From a virus (Duplodnaviria > Caudoviricetes): a stretch of 55,933 bases of DNA. This document shows positions 18,326-28,489 of the stretch, piece by piece. Within the stretch, counting starts at the first letter, position 1; every line of letters begins with the position of its first letter. The position numbers and the translations under genes were made by a program. The DNA lies in the IMG/VR virus record IMGVR_UViG_3300032331_000244, positions 1-55,933 of that record; one strand, 5' to 3'. The notes beneath the pieces are model-generated. The model saw only the letters and a program-made list of their open reading frames with translations, searched no databases and was not told where the DNA came from.

Positions 18326-21300
18326 ATGTCTCAACAAAATATAGATTTTGGAACATTCCCAGATGATCCAGCAGCAGATGCCATACGAACAGCTTTTAAC
18401 AAAGTACAGAATAACTTTGACCAACTATTTGGTGCGAACGCAAACGCAACTGTAACATCTATTAACAGAACTCCGGGTGCTGGTATAACTGTTAATTATC
18501 CTACGGGTAACGTTGTTGTTTCTGCAAATATTGCATGTGTACAAGTTTCTACTAGTTCTTTAAGTATTGGTCGTGGTAGTAATGGTAGTAGCAGTGCAGT
18601 AATTACTAGTTCTACACAAACATTAATAGTTGATATAGATCCTGATCATGTATATTCTAATACTTTTGCAGACATTAATAACGGTTTAGCTAATTTTAAT
18701 GGTACACTTACAGTAGCTTCAAATGCACAACCAAACGTAACTAGTTTAGGTAATTTGGTACAACTAAATGTAGTTGGTAATGCAAGTTTCACTGGTTCTA
18801 ATGTTTATGTAAGTAATATAGGAAATCTTAAAATAATGGGAGGTTCAGCAGGTAACACTATTGTTACTGACGGACTAGGAAATCTTACTTGGGCAGCAGG
18901 CGGAGGTGGTAGCGGTGGTGCAGGTGGATTAGATACTCAAGTACAGTTTAATAATAATTACGCTTTATATGGTAGTAACAGCTTTTTATGGGATAACTTA
19001 GCTAATGTACTTACTGTAAGCCCGGGCAACATTGTTACAGATAATATAAATGCTAATTACTTCTTTGGTACATTAGCTAACGGTGATAGTAATATATTTG
19101 TAGATATTGATAGCAACATTAGTTTCACTGCTAATAATGTTACTACCATGATTATCACTAAAAATGGTTCTAATATTGCTGGATATGCTAATGTAACTGG
19201 TAATGCTAACGTTGGTAATATAGGTGCGACTCAAGCAATTATTGATACTAGTGCCAACATACCTATAATTCAACAAGGTAATAGTAATGTAACTATTACA
19301 AGTAATTCAAATGTTACTACATATATTACTGGTAATTCAACTGCTAGATTTACTATACATGATAGTGGAATAGTAGCTAACGGAACTGCAAATATTAGTG
19401 GCGCAGTTACAGCGGGCGGTAATATATCAACATACGGCGGTAATGGAACAGTACAAGCAAATAATCATACTGTAACAGGTGCAGCTACAGGTAATGCTAA
19501 TGTTTCTACTGTTACAGGTAATTTAGGTATTCGTGCAATTGCAAGTACTTACACAGATAACTCAGCTGCCGCAAGTGCAACAATAGCTAATTCTGCAATA
19601 CATGCTATTGCACAACCAACACTAGCGGCAGCAAATACTTCAGTAACCTTTACTAATGCATCAACATTATATATTGCAAATAGTCCGGCAGCAGGTACTA
19701 ACTCAACTATTACTAATCCATATTCATTGTATATTGCAAATGGTAGCACTTACTTTGGTGGTGCTAATAATTTCATTTTAGGTAATTTAACAGTACAAGG
19801 TAATGCAACATATTATAACATAGAATCATTCAACGTTGAGGATCCTATTATTTCGTTAGGCGGCGGACCAAACGGCAATGCATTGGTATCTAATGACGGC
19901 AAAGATAGAGGAACTGCATTACAATATTATACAACAGCACCAGTGACTGCGTTTATGGGTTGGGACAACAGTAACGGAGAGTTTGCGTTTGGTAGTAACG
20001 TGGTTCTTGTAAGTGAAGTAGTGTCGTATAATAGTTTAGGTAATGTTCGTGGGTCAGCGTGGATTGGTAATGTAGAGGGGGTAACTGCTAACTTCAGTGG
20101 TAATGTAACATCATTAAATGCTAATTTAGGTAACACTGCAAGTGCTAACTATTTTGTTGGAAGATTTTATGGTACTGCAAATGCAGCTATCATAGCTAAT
20201 ACAGTAGTTGATAATGCTCAACCAAACATCACGAGTGTAGGTACACTAACTAGTTTAGTTGTAACAGGCAACACTACATCAAATAATTTCATTGGTAGGT
20301 TAGCTAATGGTAATAGTAATATCAGCTTAATTGCAGACGGTAATATTAATTTTAATCCTATAGGTAACGCTAACTTACTAGTAGTGACTGGTACTGGAAT
20401 AAATGTTGCAGGTACTGGTAACTTCACTGGCAACCTGTCAGCAGCAGCACATTACGGTCCTTTAGCAAACGGTAATAGTAATGTTCAAATAGCAAGTGCA
20501 AATGGCGATATAACACTAACTGCGGTTGGCAACACAACTATGACAGTTACTGGCACTGGTGCTAATGTAAGTGGAACAGCAAACGTAACTGGTAATGCAA
20601 ATGTAGGTAACTTAGGAACTGATACTGCTGTCATCACTACAGGTAACATAACTACTATCAACAGTGGATTAATGCAAAACGGTAATAGTAATGTTGCTAT
20701 TACAGCTAACGCTAACGTTGCAATTGCAGTAACAGGTGCAAACAGATTAGTTGTAACATCAACTGGTGCAAACATATCAGGAACAGCAAATGTATCCGGT
20801 AATGCTAACACCGGTAACTTGGGTACAACAACACTAGTCGCTACTACTGGTAACATTACTACTATCAACAGTGGATTGATGCAAAATGGTAACAGTAACG
20901 TTACTATTACTGCTAATGCTAATATCTCTCACTTTGTTACTGGTAATGCGACTAGTCAATTAACCGTAACTGCTACTGGTGCTAATATCCCCGGATATGC
21001 TAATATAGTTGGTAATGCTAACACTGGTAACTTGGGTACAACTACACTAGTCGCTACTACTGGTAATATAACTACTATCAATAGCGGTTTAATGCAAAGT
21101 GGTAACAGTAACATTAACCTTACTGCAAATGCAAATATCGCTATTGCAGTTACTGGTGCAAACAGATTGGTTGTCACTTCAACTGGTGCAAACATATCCG
21201 GAACTGCTAACGTTTCTGGTAATGCTAATGTTGGTAATTTGGGAGCAGCACAAGTATTAGCAACTGCTAATATTACCGCACCACAATTAATATCTAATGT

Positions 21301-24300
21301 TGCAATAGGTACTGCCCCGTTAAGCGTACAAAGTACCACCCGTGTTGCTAATTTAAGTGTCGATTACGCTAACGTAAGTGATTTTGGTGTTGTAACTACT
21401 CAAACAACTGGAACTTTCTATCCAATATTTGTTAATGCAAATACAACCGGTAATCTTGCACAAGGAAGTAATGCAAACTTATCATTCAATGCAGCAACTG
21501 GTAATTTGTCTACTACATTGTTAAATGTAACAAGCAATGCTAACGTAGGTAACTTAGGAACTGCTACTGCTATTATTACTACAGGTAATATTACTACTAT
21601 CAACAGCGAGTTATTACAAAGCGGTAATAGTAATGTGTCAATTACTGCTAATGCAAATGTTGCAATTGCAGTAACAGGTGCAAACAGATTAGTTATCACT
21701 TCAACTGGTGCAAACATATCAGGTACTGCTAATGTTTCTGGTAATGCAAACGTAGGTAATATAGGTGCTACCAATGGTGTATTAACTAATTTAACAGTTT
21801 CTGGCAATATTGATAGCACAGGTAATATAAATGCTAATTATATTGTAGGGAATGATGCTTACCAAGGTGGACTAAATATAGTAGGAACGATAGGGGCTGC
21901 GGGTAATGGTCAACCAGGTGGATCAATTGGCATACAAGGTGGTAATGGCAATTCAACAGGGACAACCCTCGGCGGAGTAGTTACTATTTCTGGTGGGTCC
22001 GCTTCTGCAAATGGATCTGGGGGCTATGTAGGCTTAGTAGGTGGCTCGGGCGGAGGCACCGGAGCGTTAATTCAAGCAAACGGCGGATCCTCTATTTATG
22101 CTTTGAACGGTGGAGGTGACTTGTTATTAAGAGGCGGTGCAGGAAGAGGCACTAACACAAACGGCGGTATCATTACTATTACAGGTGGAATAGGAACTGG
22201 TACGGGAACTCCAGGCAATGTTGCAATTCGAGTATCTACTCCAATTGCATCTGGTTCTGCAAATCAAACAGTAGCTAATGTTGCAGTGTTTACTGGTACG
22301 GGTGCAAATATTACTGGTACTGCAAACATAAGTGGCAATGCTAACACAGGTAATTTAGGTACAACAACACTAGTCGCTACTACTATCAATAGTGGATTGA
22401 TGCAAAATGGTAATAGTAATATTACTATTACTGCTAATGCAAATATCTCTCACTTTGTTACTGGTAATGCAACTGCTCAATTTGTAGTTACTGCTACTGG
22501 TGCTAATATTGCAGGTACTGCTAACGTAGTTGGTAATGCTAACGTAGGTAATTTAGGTGCTACACAGGGTATATTCACTACAAGTGCTAACATCCCATTA
22601 ATCAATAGTGGCAATAGTAACATTACATTAACTGCTAACGGAAATGTTTCAACATTCATCACTGGTAATGCAACTGCTCAATTTGTAGTTACTGCTACTG
22701 GTGCTAATATACCGGGTACTGCCAATGTAGTTGGTAATGCTAACGTCGGTAACTTAGGCACTGCTACAGCAATCATCACTACAGGTAATATAACTACTAT
22801 CAATAGCGGGTTATTACAAAATGGTAATAGTAATGTGTCAATTACTGCTAATGCAAATGTTGCAATTGCAGTAACAGGTGCAAACAGATTAGTTTTAACA
22901 TCAACTGGTGCAAATATCACTGGTACTGCTAACGTTTCTGGTAATGCTAACGTAGGTAATATAGGTGCTACCAATGGTGTATTAACTAATTTAACAGTTT
23001 CTGGCAATATCGATAGCACAGGTAATATAAATGCTAATACTATTACAGGCAATAATTCAGCCGGTGGACTGGCTATTACAGGAAAAATAGGAATTGCAGG
23101 TGATTTTGAAATAGGCGGAAATATTGAAGTTTTAGGTGGTAATGGTAACGCAACTGGAAATACAATTGGAGGACCAGTACGAATTGCAGGTGGTTTTGCT
23201 TCTGCTAATGGCATTGGAGGATATGCGGAACTAATAGGAGGTACAAGCGGTGGTCTTGGTGCATCTGTCAGAGCAAGCGGCGGCGGTGGAAATTCCGGTG
23301 GAGGTGAAGGCGGTAACTTAGTAATGAATGCAGGAACAGGAGTTGGAACTGATAAAGCAGGTGGAACTACTGTTATTGCAGGTGGTAAAGGAAGTGGTGC
23401 AGGTGCGCCCGGCAATATAGCTATTCAAGTTTCTACTGCACTAACTACAGGCACAACTACTCAAACTTTATCTAATATTGCAGTGTTTACTAGCACAGGC
23501 GCAAACATAACTGGAACTGCAAACATAAGTGGCAATGCTAACACTGGTAATTTAGGTACAACTACATTAGTTGCTACCACCGGTAATATAACTACTATCA
23601 ATAGCGGGTTATTACAAAATGGTAACAGTAATGTATCAATTACTGCCAATGCTAATATCGCTATTGCAGTAACAGGTGCAAACAGATTAGTTATCACTTC
23701 AACTGGTGCAAACATATCAGGTACTGCTAATGTTTCTGGTAATGCTAATACAGGTAACATTGGTGCAACTCAGGGTATATTTACAACAAGTGCTAACATC
23801 CCATTAATCAATAGTGGCAATAGTAACATTACATTAACTGCTAACGGAAATGTTTCTACATTCATTACAGGTAATGCAACTGCTCAATTAGTTGTTACCG
23901 CTACTGGTGCCAACATACCGGGTACTGCTAATGTAGTTGGTAATGCTAATGTAGGTAATTTAGGTACAAACACTGCTATCATAACAACTGGCAATATAAC
24001 TACTATCAATAGTGGGTTAATGCAAAATGGCAATAGTAACATAAGTATCACAGCTAATGCAAATATTTCACACTTTGTTACTGGAAATACAACAAGTCAA
24101 TTGACTGTGACATCGACTGGTGCTAACATACCGGGAACTGCTAACGTAGTAGGTAATGCTAACGTCGGTAACTTAGGTACGGCAACTGCTGTTATTACTA
24201 CTGGTAATATAACTACAATCAATAGCGGGTTATTACAAAATGGTAATAGTAATGTGTCAATTATTGCAAATGCAAATGTTGCAATTGCAGTAACAGGTGC

Positions 24301-27300
24301 AAATAGACTAGTTGTTACTTCGACTGGTGCAAATATATCCGGATATGCTAATATATCCGGTAATGTTAACGCTGGAAATATTGAAGTTAGTGGAAATTTT
24401 GCTGTTGGTGTTGCTGCAACCGGATACGGAACAAACTTTGCGGTAAATACAGCAGGCGGAAATACTCCAACTATTGGTGATTTCAACAACATTGCCAACA
24501 ATACAGGACTGTACTTTAGAACTTCTGGAATAGCTAATATTCAAATTACAGGAGGTGGTTCTTTTGGATTAATTGATAACACCGGCAGTAATACATTCTT
24601 CACTGCAAATGCTGCTAGAGTTACAATACCTTCAGGCACTGCTGCAACTAGCACCACATCAGGTGCATTACAAGTAACCGGTGGCGCTGGTATAAGCGGT
24701 AACTTATATGCAGGTGGAAATATAACAACTACTGGTGCTAATGGTACCGTCACAGCAAATAATCACACTGCCACTGGTGCAGCAACTGGTAATGCTAACG
24801 TATCGACTGTAACAGGTAACTTAGGTATTCGTGCAATATCAAGTACATACACAGATAACTCAGCAGCAGCAAGTGCAACTATAGCTAATTCTGCAATACA
24901 CGCTATTGCACAGCCAACATTAGCAGCAGCAAATACAGCCGCTACATATACTAATGCAGCAACATTCTTTATTGCTGGTGCACCTTTACGTGGTACAAAT
25001 GCTACAATAACTAATCCATATTCGTTATACGTAGGGAATGGAACAAGTTTCTTTAGCGGTTCTATAAAAACGTATGGTTTGCAATCTACTGGACTTGGAA
25101 CTCCTGTTCTAGCTACTCTTGCACCTTCCACTACAGGTGGATCGTTGGCTACAAATATTTACTATTTCCGAATAGTTGCAACTGATGGAATAGGCGGGTT
25201 CTCATTACCAACCGGTGAACAAAGCGCATCGGTAACCGGCCCAACAGGTTCAGTTAGTGTTAATATTCAACCACTAGCTGGTGCAGTTTCATATCAAATA
25301 TGGTTCTCAACAACGTCAGGTGTACAAACAACGTATTTCACGATGACTGATTATGCAACCCAGGGAGGGGGACAGTGGTCATATAATTTCACCACAACTA
25401 CTGGTGCAACAGTAGGTACTTTACCCGATATCAATACAACTGGCAAAATAACTACACCTATTTTAACAGCTAGTACCGGTGTATTGTCCAACACATCCGT
25501 CCCGGCGTTAAATATAACTCAACAATGGGTAAACACATCTACCACATTCACTGCTATATTAGCAAATATAACTGACTCTACATCTGCTGCAAGTTCATTA
25601 TTAATGGATTTACAAGTTGGCGGTACAAGTAAATTTAAAGTTGATAAAACTGGTTCTGCTACATTTGGTAATGTATTGACAGGTAATGGTTCAGGATTAA
25701 GTGCAATAGCAGGTGCAAATGTAACTGGTACTGTACCTAATGCAACCAGCGCAACAAATGCGTCAGCATTATTACAGAATACATCTACTGCTACTACAGT
25801 ATATCCAACATTTACTACTTCAAGTGCAAATGGCAATGCATCTGCGGTAATTAATACAAGTATTAGTGCTAATTTATCAAATGGAGCAATAATAGCTACT
25901 ACATTTGTTGGTAATATCTCAGGTAATCTTACTGGTGGTATATTAGCTAATGGAAATAGTAATGTAAGTATTCCTGCTGCTAATGGAAACGTTAACATAT
26001 CAGCAATAGGTGTTGCTAATGTATTGATTGTCACTGGTACTGGAGCTAATATAACTGGCACAGCAAATGTTAGTGGTAATGCTAACACTGGTAACTTAGG
26101 CACAACAACATTAGTGGCTACTACTGGTAACATCACTACTATCAATAGTGGATTGATGCAAAATGGTAATAGTAATATTACTATAACAGCCAATGCAAAT
26201 ATTTCACACTTTGTTACTGGAAATACAACAAGTCAATTGACTGTGACAGCGACTGGAGCTAACATACCGGGTACAGCGAACGTTGTTGGTAATGCTAATG
26301 TAGGTAATTTAGGTACAGCACAAGTATTAGCAAGTGCTAATGTAACTAGTCCTCAGTTCATATCTAACATAGCAACTGCAACTGGTGCTCCGTTTAGTGT
26401 ACAAAGTACAAATCGTGTAGCAAATCTAAATGTTGCGTATGCAAATGTTGCAGATTTTGGTGTAGTAACAACACAAAATACTGGTACTTATTATCCAGTA
26501 TTTGTAAATGCAAATACTACTGGAAATTATGCTCACGCAAGTAATACATTGATTAGTGCTAACTTAGCGAATGGTGCTATTACCGCAACAACATTTGTTG
26601 GAGCACTATCAGGTGCAGCAACAAGTGCAACTACAGCAGGTAGTGCAACTACAGCAGGTACTGTAACAACAAATGCTCAACCAAATATCACAAGTACAGG
26701 TACACTAACAAGTGTTACAACTAGTGGCAACTTAGCTTTCATTTCAACTGGACAACGTATATTTGGTGAATTTAGTACTGCTACCCACACAAGTAGAACC
26801 TTATTTCAAACTATCACAGCCAATAGTAGTACTATTGTTGGCGTAATTCCACAAGGAACAGGAACAGTAGGACAGTTAAATCTCTATAACAACTCTGACG
26901 CCGGGAATGCTAGCATACTATCAACACTTACAGTAGCTACTGAAACATCAATTCGTTCTGGCAATGTTGGCACTGGTACATATTTGCCAATGACCTTCTA
27001 CACAAGTGGTAGCGAACGTATGCGTATTGACACTGGTGGTAATGTAGGTATTGGTGGCACTATACCCGCAAGCAATCCAAAATTGAGTATGTATGGTGGC
27101 ATTCGTTTCTTGTCGCAAGAAGCAGCAGCGAATACTTATACAGGTATTGGAAGTATTGTAGCAGACACGGTAAGTATCAGCACTTCGGGTAGCGAACGTA
27201 TGCGTGTTGATACCGGCGGCAACGTGGGGATTGGTACTTCGTCGCCAAGCTCCAAGCTAAATGTTAACAATGGGTTCTTGCAAATAGACATTGCAGGTGT

Positions 27301-27856
27301 TCAAGCCGTTAGATTGGGCTCATCTGATTCTATTGTTAGCGGTGCGGATAACAATGCCGTAATTCAAGCTGGAGCCAGCAAAGCGTTACTCATGCTGGCT
27401 GGCGCAACAGAACGGATGCGTATTGACTCTAACGGCAACGTGGGGATTGGCAATACTGCACCAACTAATACACTAAGTGTCACTGGTACTGCAAACGTAT
27501 CAGGTAACATCACTGGTGCTAATGTAATAGCAACGTCATACCACATTCGTTCAGTTGGTACTAGTATATCAGCGGCAGGCACAGTTCAAGCAAATGCTAC
27601 TGCGATTACTAAAGAAATAAATGTTGTATCTACAGTAGCAACTGGTGCAGGGGTAGTACTACCAACAGCAGTAGCAGGTATGGTAATTACTATCACTAAC
27701 ACAAGCGCAAACAGTTTATTAGTATATCCAGCAGCGAGTGGTATAATCAATTCATTAGCAGCTAACGCAGCATTTACTCACCCTACATTGGCTACACTAC
27801 AATATATTGCACCTACAACAACACAATGGTATACAGTTGGTGCTACATACGCATAA
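18326..27856 (+). CDS. Giant repetitive tail fibre/adhesin-like protein (3176 aa)
   Basis: IDFGTFPDDPAADAIRTAFNKVQNNF virion-attachment-type N-terminus; many GANI.GTANV.GNANVGNLG repeats, AQPNITSVGTL motifs, ERMRID.GNVGIG repeats. Confidence 0.85.
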   Translation: MSQQNIDFGTFPDDPAADAIRTAFNKVQNNFDQLFGANANATVTSINRTPGAGITVNYPTGNVVVSANIACVQVSTSSLSIGRGSNGSSSAVITSSTQTLIVDIDPDHVYSNTFADINNGLANFNGTLTVASNAQPNVTSLGNLVQLNVVGNASFTGSNVYVSNIGNLKIMGGSAGNTIVTDGLGNLTWAAGGGGSGGAGGLDTQVQFNNNYALYGSNSFLWDNLANVLTVSPGNIVTDNINANYFFGTLANGDSNIFVDIDSNISFTANNVTTMIITKNGSNIAGYANVTGNANVGNIGATQAIIDTSANIPIIQQGNSNVTITSNSNVTTYITGNSTARFTIHDSGIVANGTANISGAVTAGGNISTYGGNGTVQANNHTVTGAATGNANVSTVTGNLGIRAIASTYTDNSAAASATIANSAIHAIAQPTLAAANTSVTFTNASTLYIANSPAAGTNSTITNPYSLYIANGSTYFGGANNFILGNLTVQGNATYYNIESFNVEDPIISLGGGPNGNALVSNDGKDRGTALQYYTTAPVTAFMGWDNSNGEFAFGSNVVLVSEVVSYNSLGNVRGSAWIGNVEGVTANFSGNVTSLNANLGNTASANYFVGRFYGTANAAIIANTVVDNAQPNITSVGTLTSLVVTGNTTSNNFIGRLANGNSNISLIADGNINFNPIGNANLLVVTGTGINVAGTGNFTGNLSAAAHYGPLANGNSNVQIASANGDITLTAVGNTTMTVTGTGANVSGTANVTGNANVGNLGTDTAVITTGNITTINSGLMQNGNSNVAITANANVAIAVTGANRLVVTSTGANISGTANVSGNANTGNLGTTTLVATTGNITTINSGLMQNGNSNVTITANANISHFVTGNATSQLTVTATGANIPGYANIVGNANTGNLGTTTLVATTGNITTINSGLMQSGNSNINLTANANIAIAVTGANRLVVTSTGANISGTANVSGNANVGNLGAAQVLATANITAPQLISNVAIGTAPLSVQSTTRVANLSVDYANVSDFGVVTTQTTGTFYPIFVNANTTGNLAQGSNANLSFNAATGNLSTTLLNVTSNANVGNLGTATAIITTGNITTINSELLQSGNSNVSITANANVAIAVTGANRLVITSTGANISGTANVSGNANVGNIGATNGVLTNLTVSGNIDSTGNINANYIVGNDAYQGGLNIVGTIGAAGNGQPGGSIGIQGGNGNSTGTTLGGVVTISGGSASANGSGGYVGLVGGSGGGTGALIQANGGSSIYALNGGGDLLLRGGAGRGTNTNGGIITITGGIGTGTGTPGNVAIRVSTPIASGSANQTVANVAVFTGTGANITGTANISGNANTGNLGTTTLVATTINSGLMQNGNSNITITANANISHFVTGNATAQFVVTATGANIAGTANVVGNANVGNLGATQGIFTTSANIPLINSGNSNITLTANGNVSTFITGNATAQFVVTATGANIPGTANVVGNANVGNLGTATAIITTGNITTINSGLLQNGNSNVSITANANVAIAVTGANRLVLTSTGANITGTANVSGNANVGNIGATNGVLTNLTVSGNIDSTGNINANTITGNNSAGGLAITGKIGIAGDFEIGGNIEVLGGNGNATGNTIGGPVRIAGGFASANGIGGYAELIGGTSGGLGASVRASGGGGNSGGGEGGNLVMNAGTGVGTDKAGGTTVIAGGKGSGAGAPGNIAIQVSTALTTGTTTQTLSNIAVFTSTGANITGTANISGNANTGNLGTTTLVATTGNITTINSGLLQNGNSNVSITANANIAIAVTGANRLVITSTGANISGTANVSGNANTGNIGATQGIFTTSANIPLINSGNSNITLTANGNVSTFITGNATAQLVVTATGANIPGTANVVGNANVGNLGTNTAIITTGNITTINSGLMQNGNSNISITANANISHFVTGNTTSQLTVTSTGANIPGTANVVGNANVGNLGTATAVITTGNITTINSGLLQNGNSNVSIIANANVAIAVTGANRLVVTSTGANISGYANISGNVNAGNIEVSGNFAVGVAATGYGTNFAVNTAGGNTPTIGDFNNIANNTGLYFRTSGIANIQITGGGSFGLIDNTGSNTFFTANAARVTIPSGTAATSTTSGALQVTGGAGISGNLYAGGNITTTGANGTVTANNHTATGAATGNANVSTVTGNLGIRAISSTYTDNSAAASATIANSAIHAIAQPTLAAANTAATYTNAATFFIAGAPLRGTNATITNPYSLYVGNGTSFFSGSIKTYGLQSTGLGTPVLATLAPSTTGGSLATNIYYFRIVATDGIGGFSLPTGEQSASVTGPTGSVSVNIQPLAGAVSYQIWFSTTSGVQTTYFTMTDYATQGGGQWSYNFTTTTGATVGTLPDINTTGKITTPILTASTGVLSNTSVPALNITQQWVNTSTTFTAILANITDSTSAASSLLMDLQVGGTSKFKVDKTGSATFGNVLTGNGSGLSAIAGANVTGTVPNATSATNASALLQNTSTATTVYPTFTTSSANGNASAVINTSISANLSNGAIIATTFVGNISGNLTGGILANGNSNVSIPAANGNVNISAIGVANVLIVTGTGANITGTANVSGNANTGNLGTTTLVATTGNITTINSGLMQNGNSNITITANANISHFVTGNTTSQLTVTATGANIPGTANVVGNANVGNLGTAQVLASANVTSPQFISNIATATGAPFSVQSTNRVANLNVAYANVADFGVVTTQNTGTYYPVFVNANTTGNYAHASNTLISANLANGAITATTFVGALSGAATSATTAGSATTAGTVTTNAQPNITSTGTLTSVTTSGNLAFISTGQRIFGEFSTATHTSRTLFQTITANSSTIVGVIPQGTGTVGQLNLYNNSDAGNASILSTLTVATETSIRSGNVGTGTYLPMTFYTSGSERMRIDTGGNVGIGGTIPASNPKLSMYGGIRFLSQEAAANTYTGIGSIVADTVSISTSGSERMRVDTGGNVGIGTSSPSSKLNVNNGFLQIDIAGVQAVRLGSSDSIVSGADNNAVIQAGASKALLMLAGATERMRIDSNGNVGIGNTAPTNTLSVTGTANVSGNITGANVIATSYHIRSVGTSISAAGTVQANATAITKEINVVSTVATGAGVVLPTAVAGMVITITNTSANSLLVYPAASGIINSLAANAAFTHPTLATLQYIAPTTTQWYTVGATYA
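21541..23040 (+). repeat. Near-identical ~300 bp duplication (21541-21840 and 22741-23040), period 1200 bp
   Basis: Shared DNA such as AATATAGGTGCTACCAATGGTGTATTAACTAATTTAACAGTTTCTGGCAATAT; each copy is followed by a diverged Gly-rich module. Confidence 0.85.
27008..27450 (+). repeat. Three ERMR(I/V)D-x-GNVGIG units with identical DNA direct repeats
   Basis: GGTAGCGAACGTATGCGT at 27008 and 27188; GGCAACGTGGGGATTGG at 27218 and 27434. Confidence 0.85.
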
Positions 27857-27867
27857 TAGGAAATAAT

Positions 27868-28488
27868 ATGGTAACATTAGATTTATTAACACACATGTGT
27901 CCCAAAACAAAAGTAAGTATTCTTGAAGGATACATTGAGCCTTTGAACACTGTAGCAGAATATTATGAAATGAACGACAATCCAGCACGATTAGCAGGCT
28001 TCTTAGCACAAACTGCACATGAGAGTGGTGGTTATACTGCTATCAAAGAAAATCTAAACTATAGTGCTAAAGGACTGATGGGGACATTTAAGAAGTATTT
28101 TCCAAATGAAGATATTGCTAATCAGTATGCGAAAAAGCCAGAACGTATTGCTAATCGTGTATATGCTAACCGCATGAAGAATGGTGATGAAAATAGTGGT
28201 GATGGATATCGTTTCTGTGGTCGCGGATTGATTCAATTGACCGGGCGTGATAATTATACTAAGTTTGCAAATGATTTAGGAATGAGTTTAGAAGAAACTG
28301 TTGCATATTTAGAAACACCCAACGGTGCTGTATCAAGTGCAGGATGGTTTTGGGATAACAACAAACTAAATCAATACTGTGATAGCGGTGATTTCGTAAC
28401 ATTGACTAAACGTATCAACGGCGGTACTATTGGATTAGAAGATAGAAAGCATCATTACGAAATAGCGATGCATTATTTAACAACATAA
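27868..28488 (+). CDS. Glycoside hydrolase family 19 endolysin / peptidoglycan hydrolase
   Basis: FLAQTAHESGG, ENLNYS, GDGYRFCGRGLIQLTGRDNY, SAGWFW, TKRINGGTIGLEDR; start at ATG 27868 after an AGGA RBS. Confidence 0.93.
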   Translation: MVTLDLLTHMCPKTKVSILEGYIEPLNTVAEYYEMNDNPARLAGFLAQTAHESGGYTAIKENLNYSAKGLMGTFKKYFPNEDIANQYAKKPERIANRVYANRMKNGDENSGDGYRFCGRGLIQLTGRDNYTKFANDLGMSLEETVAYLETPNGAVSSAGWFWDNNKLNQYCDSGDFVTLTKRINGGTIGLEDRKHHYEIAMHYLTT

Positions 28489-28489
28489 T

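Noticed and set aside
27826-27867. ORF-track upstream starts (27826; also 39764 and 966)
   Set aside because: They overlap upstream genes or promoters; better-supported starts are 27868, 39827 and 951
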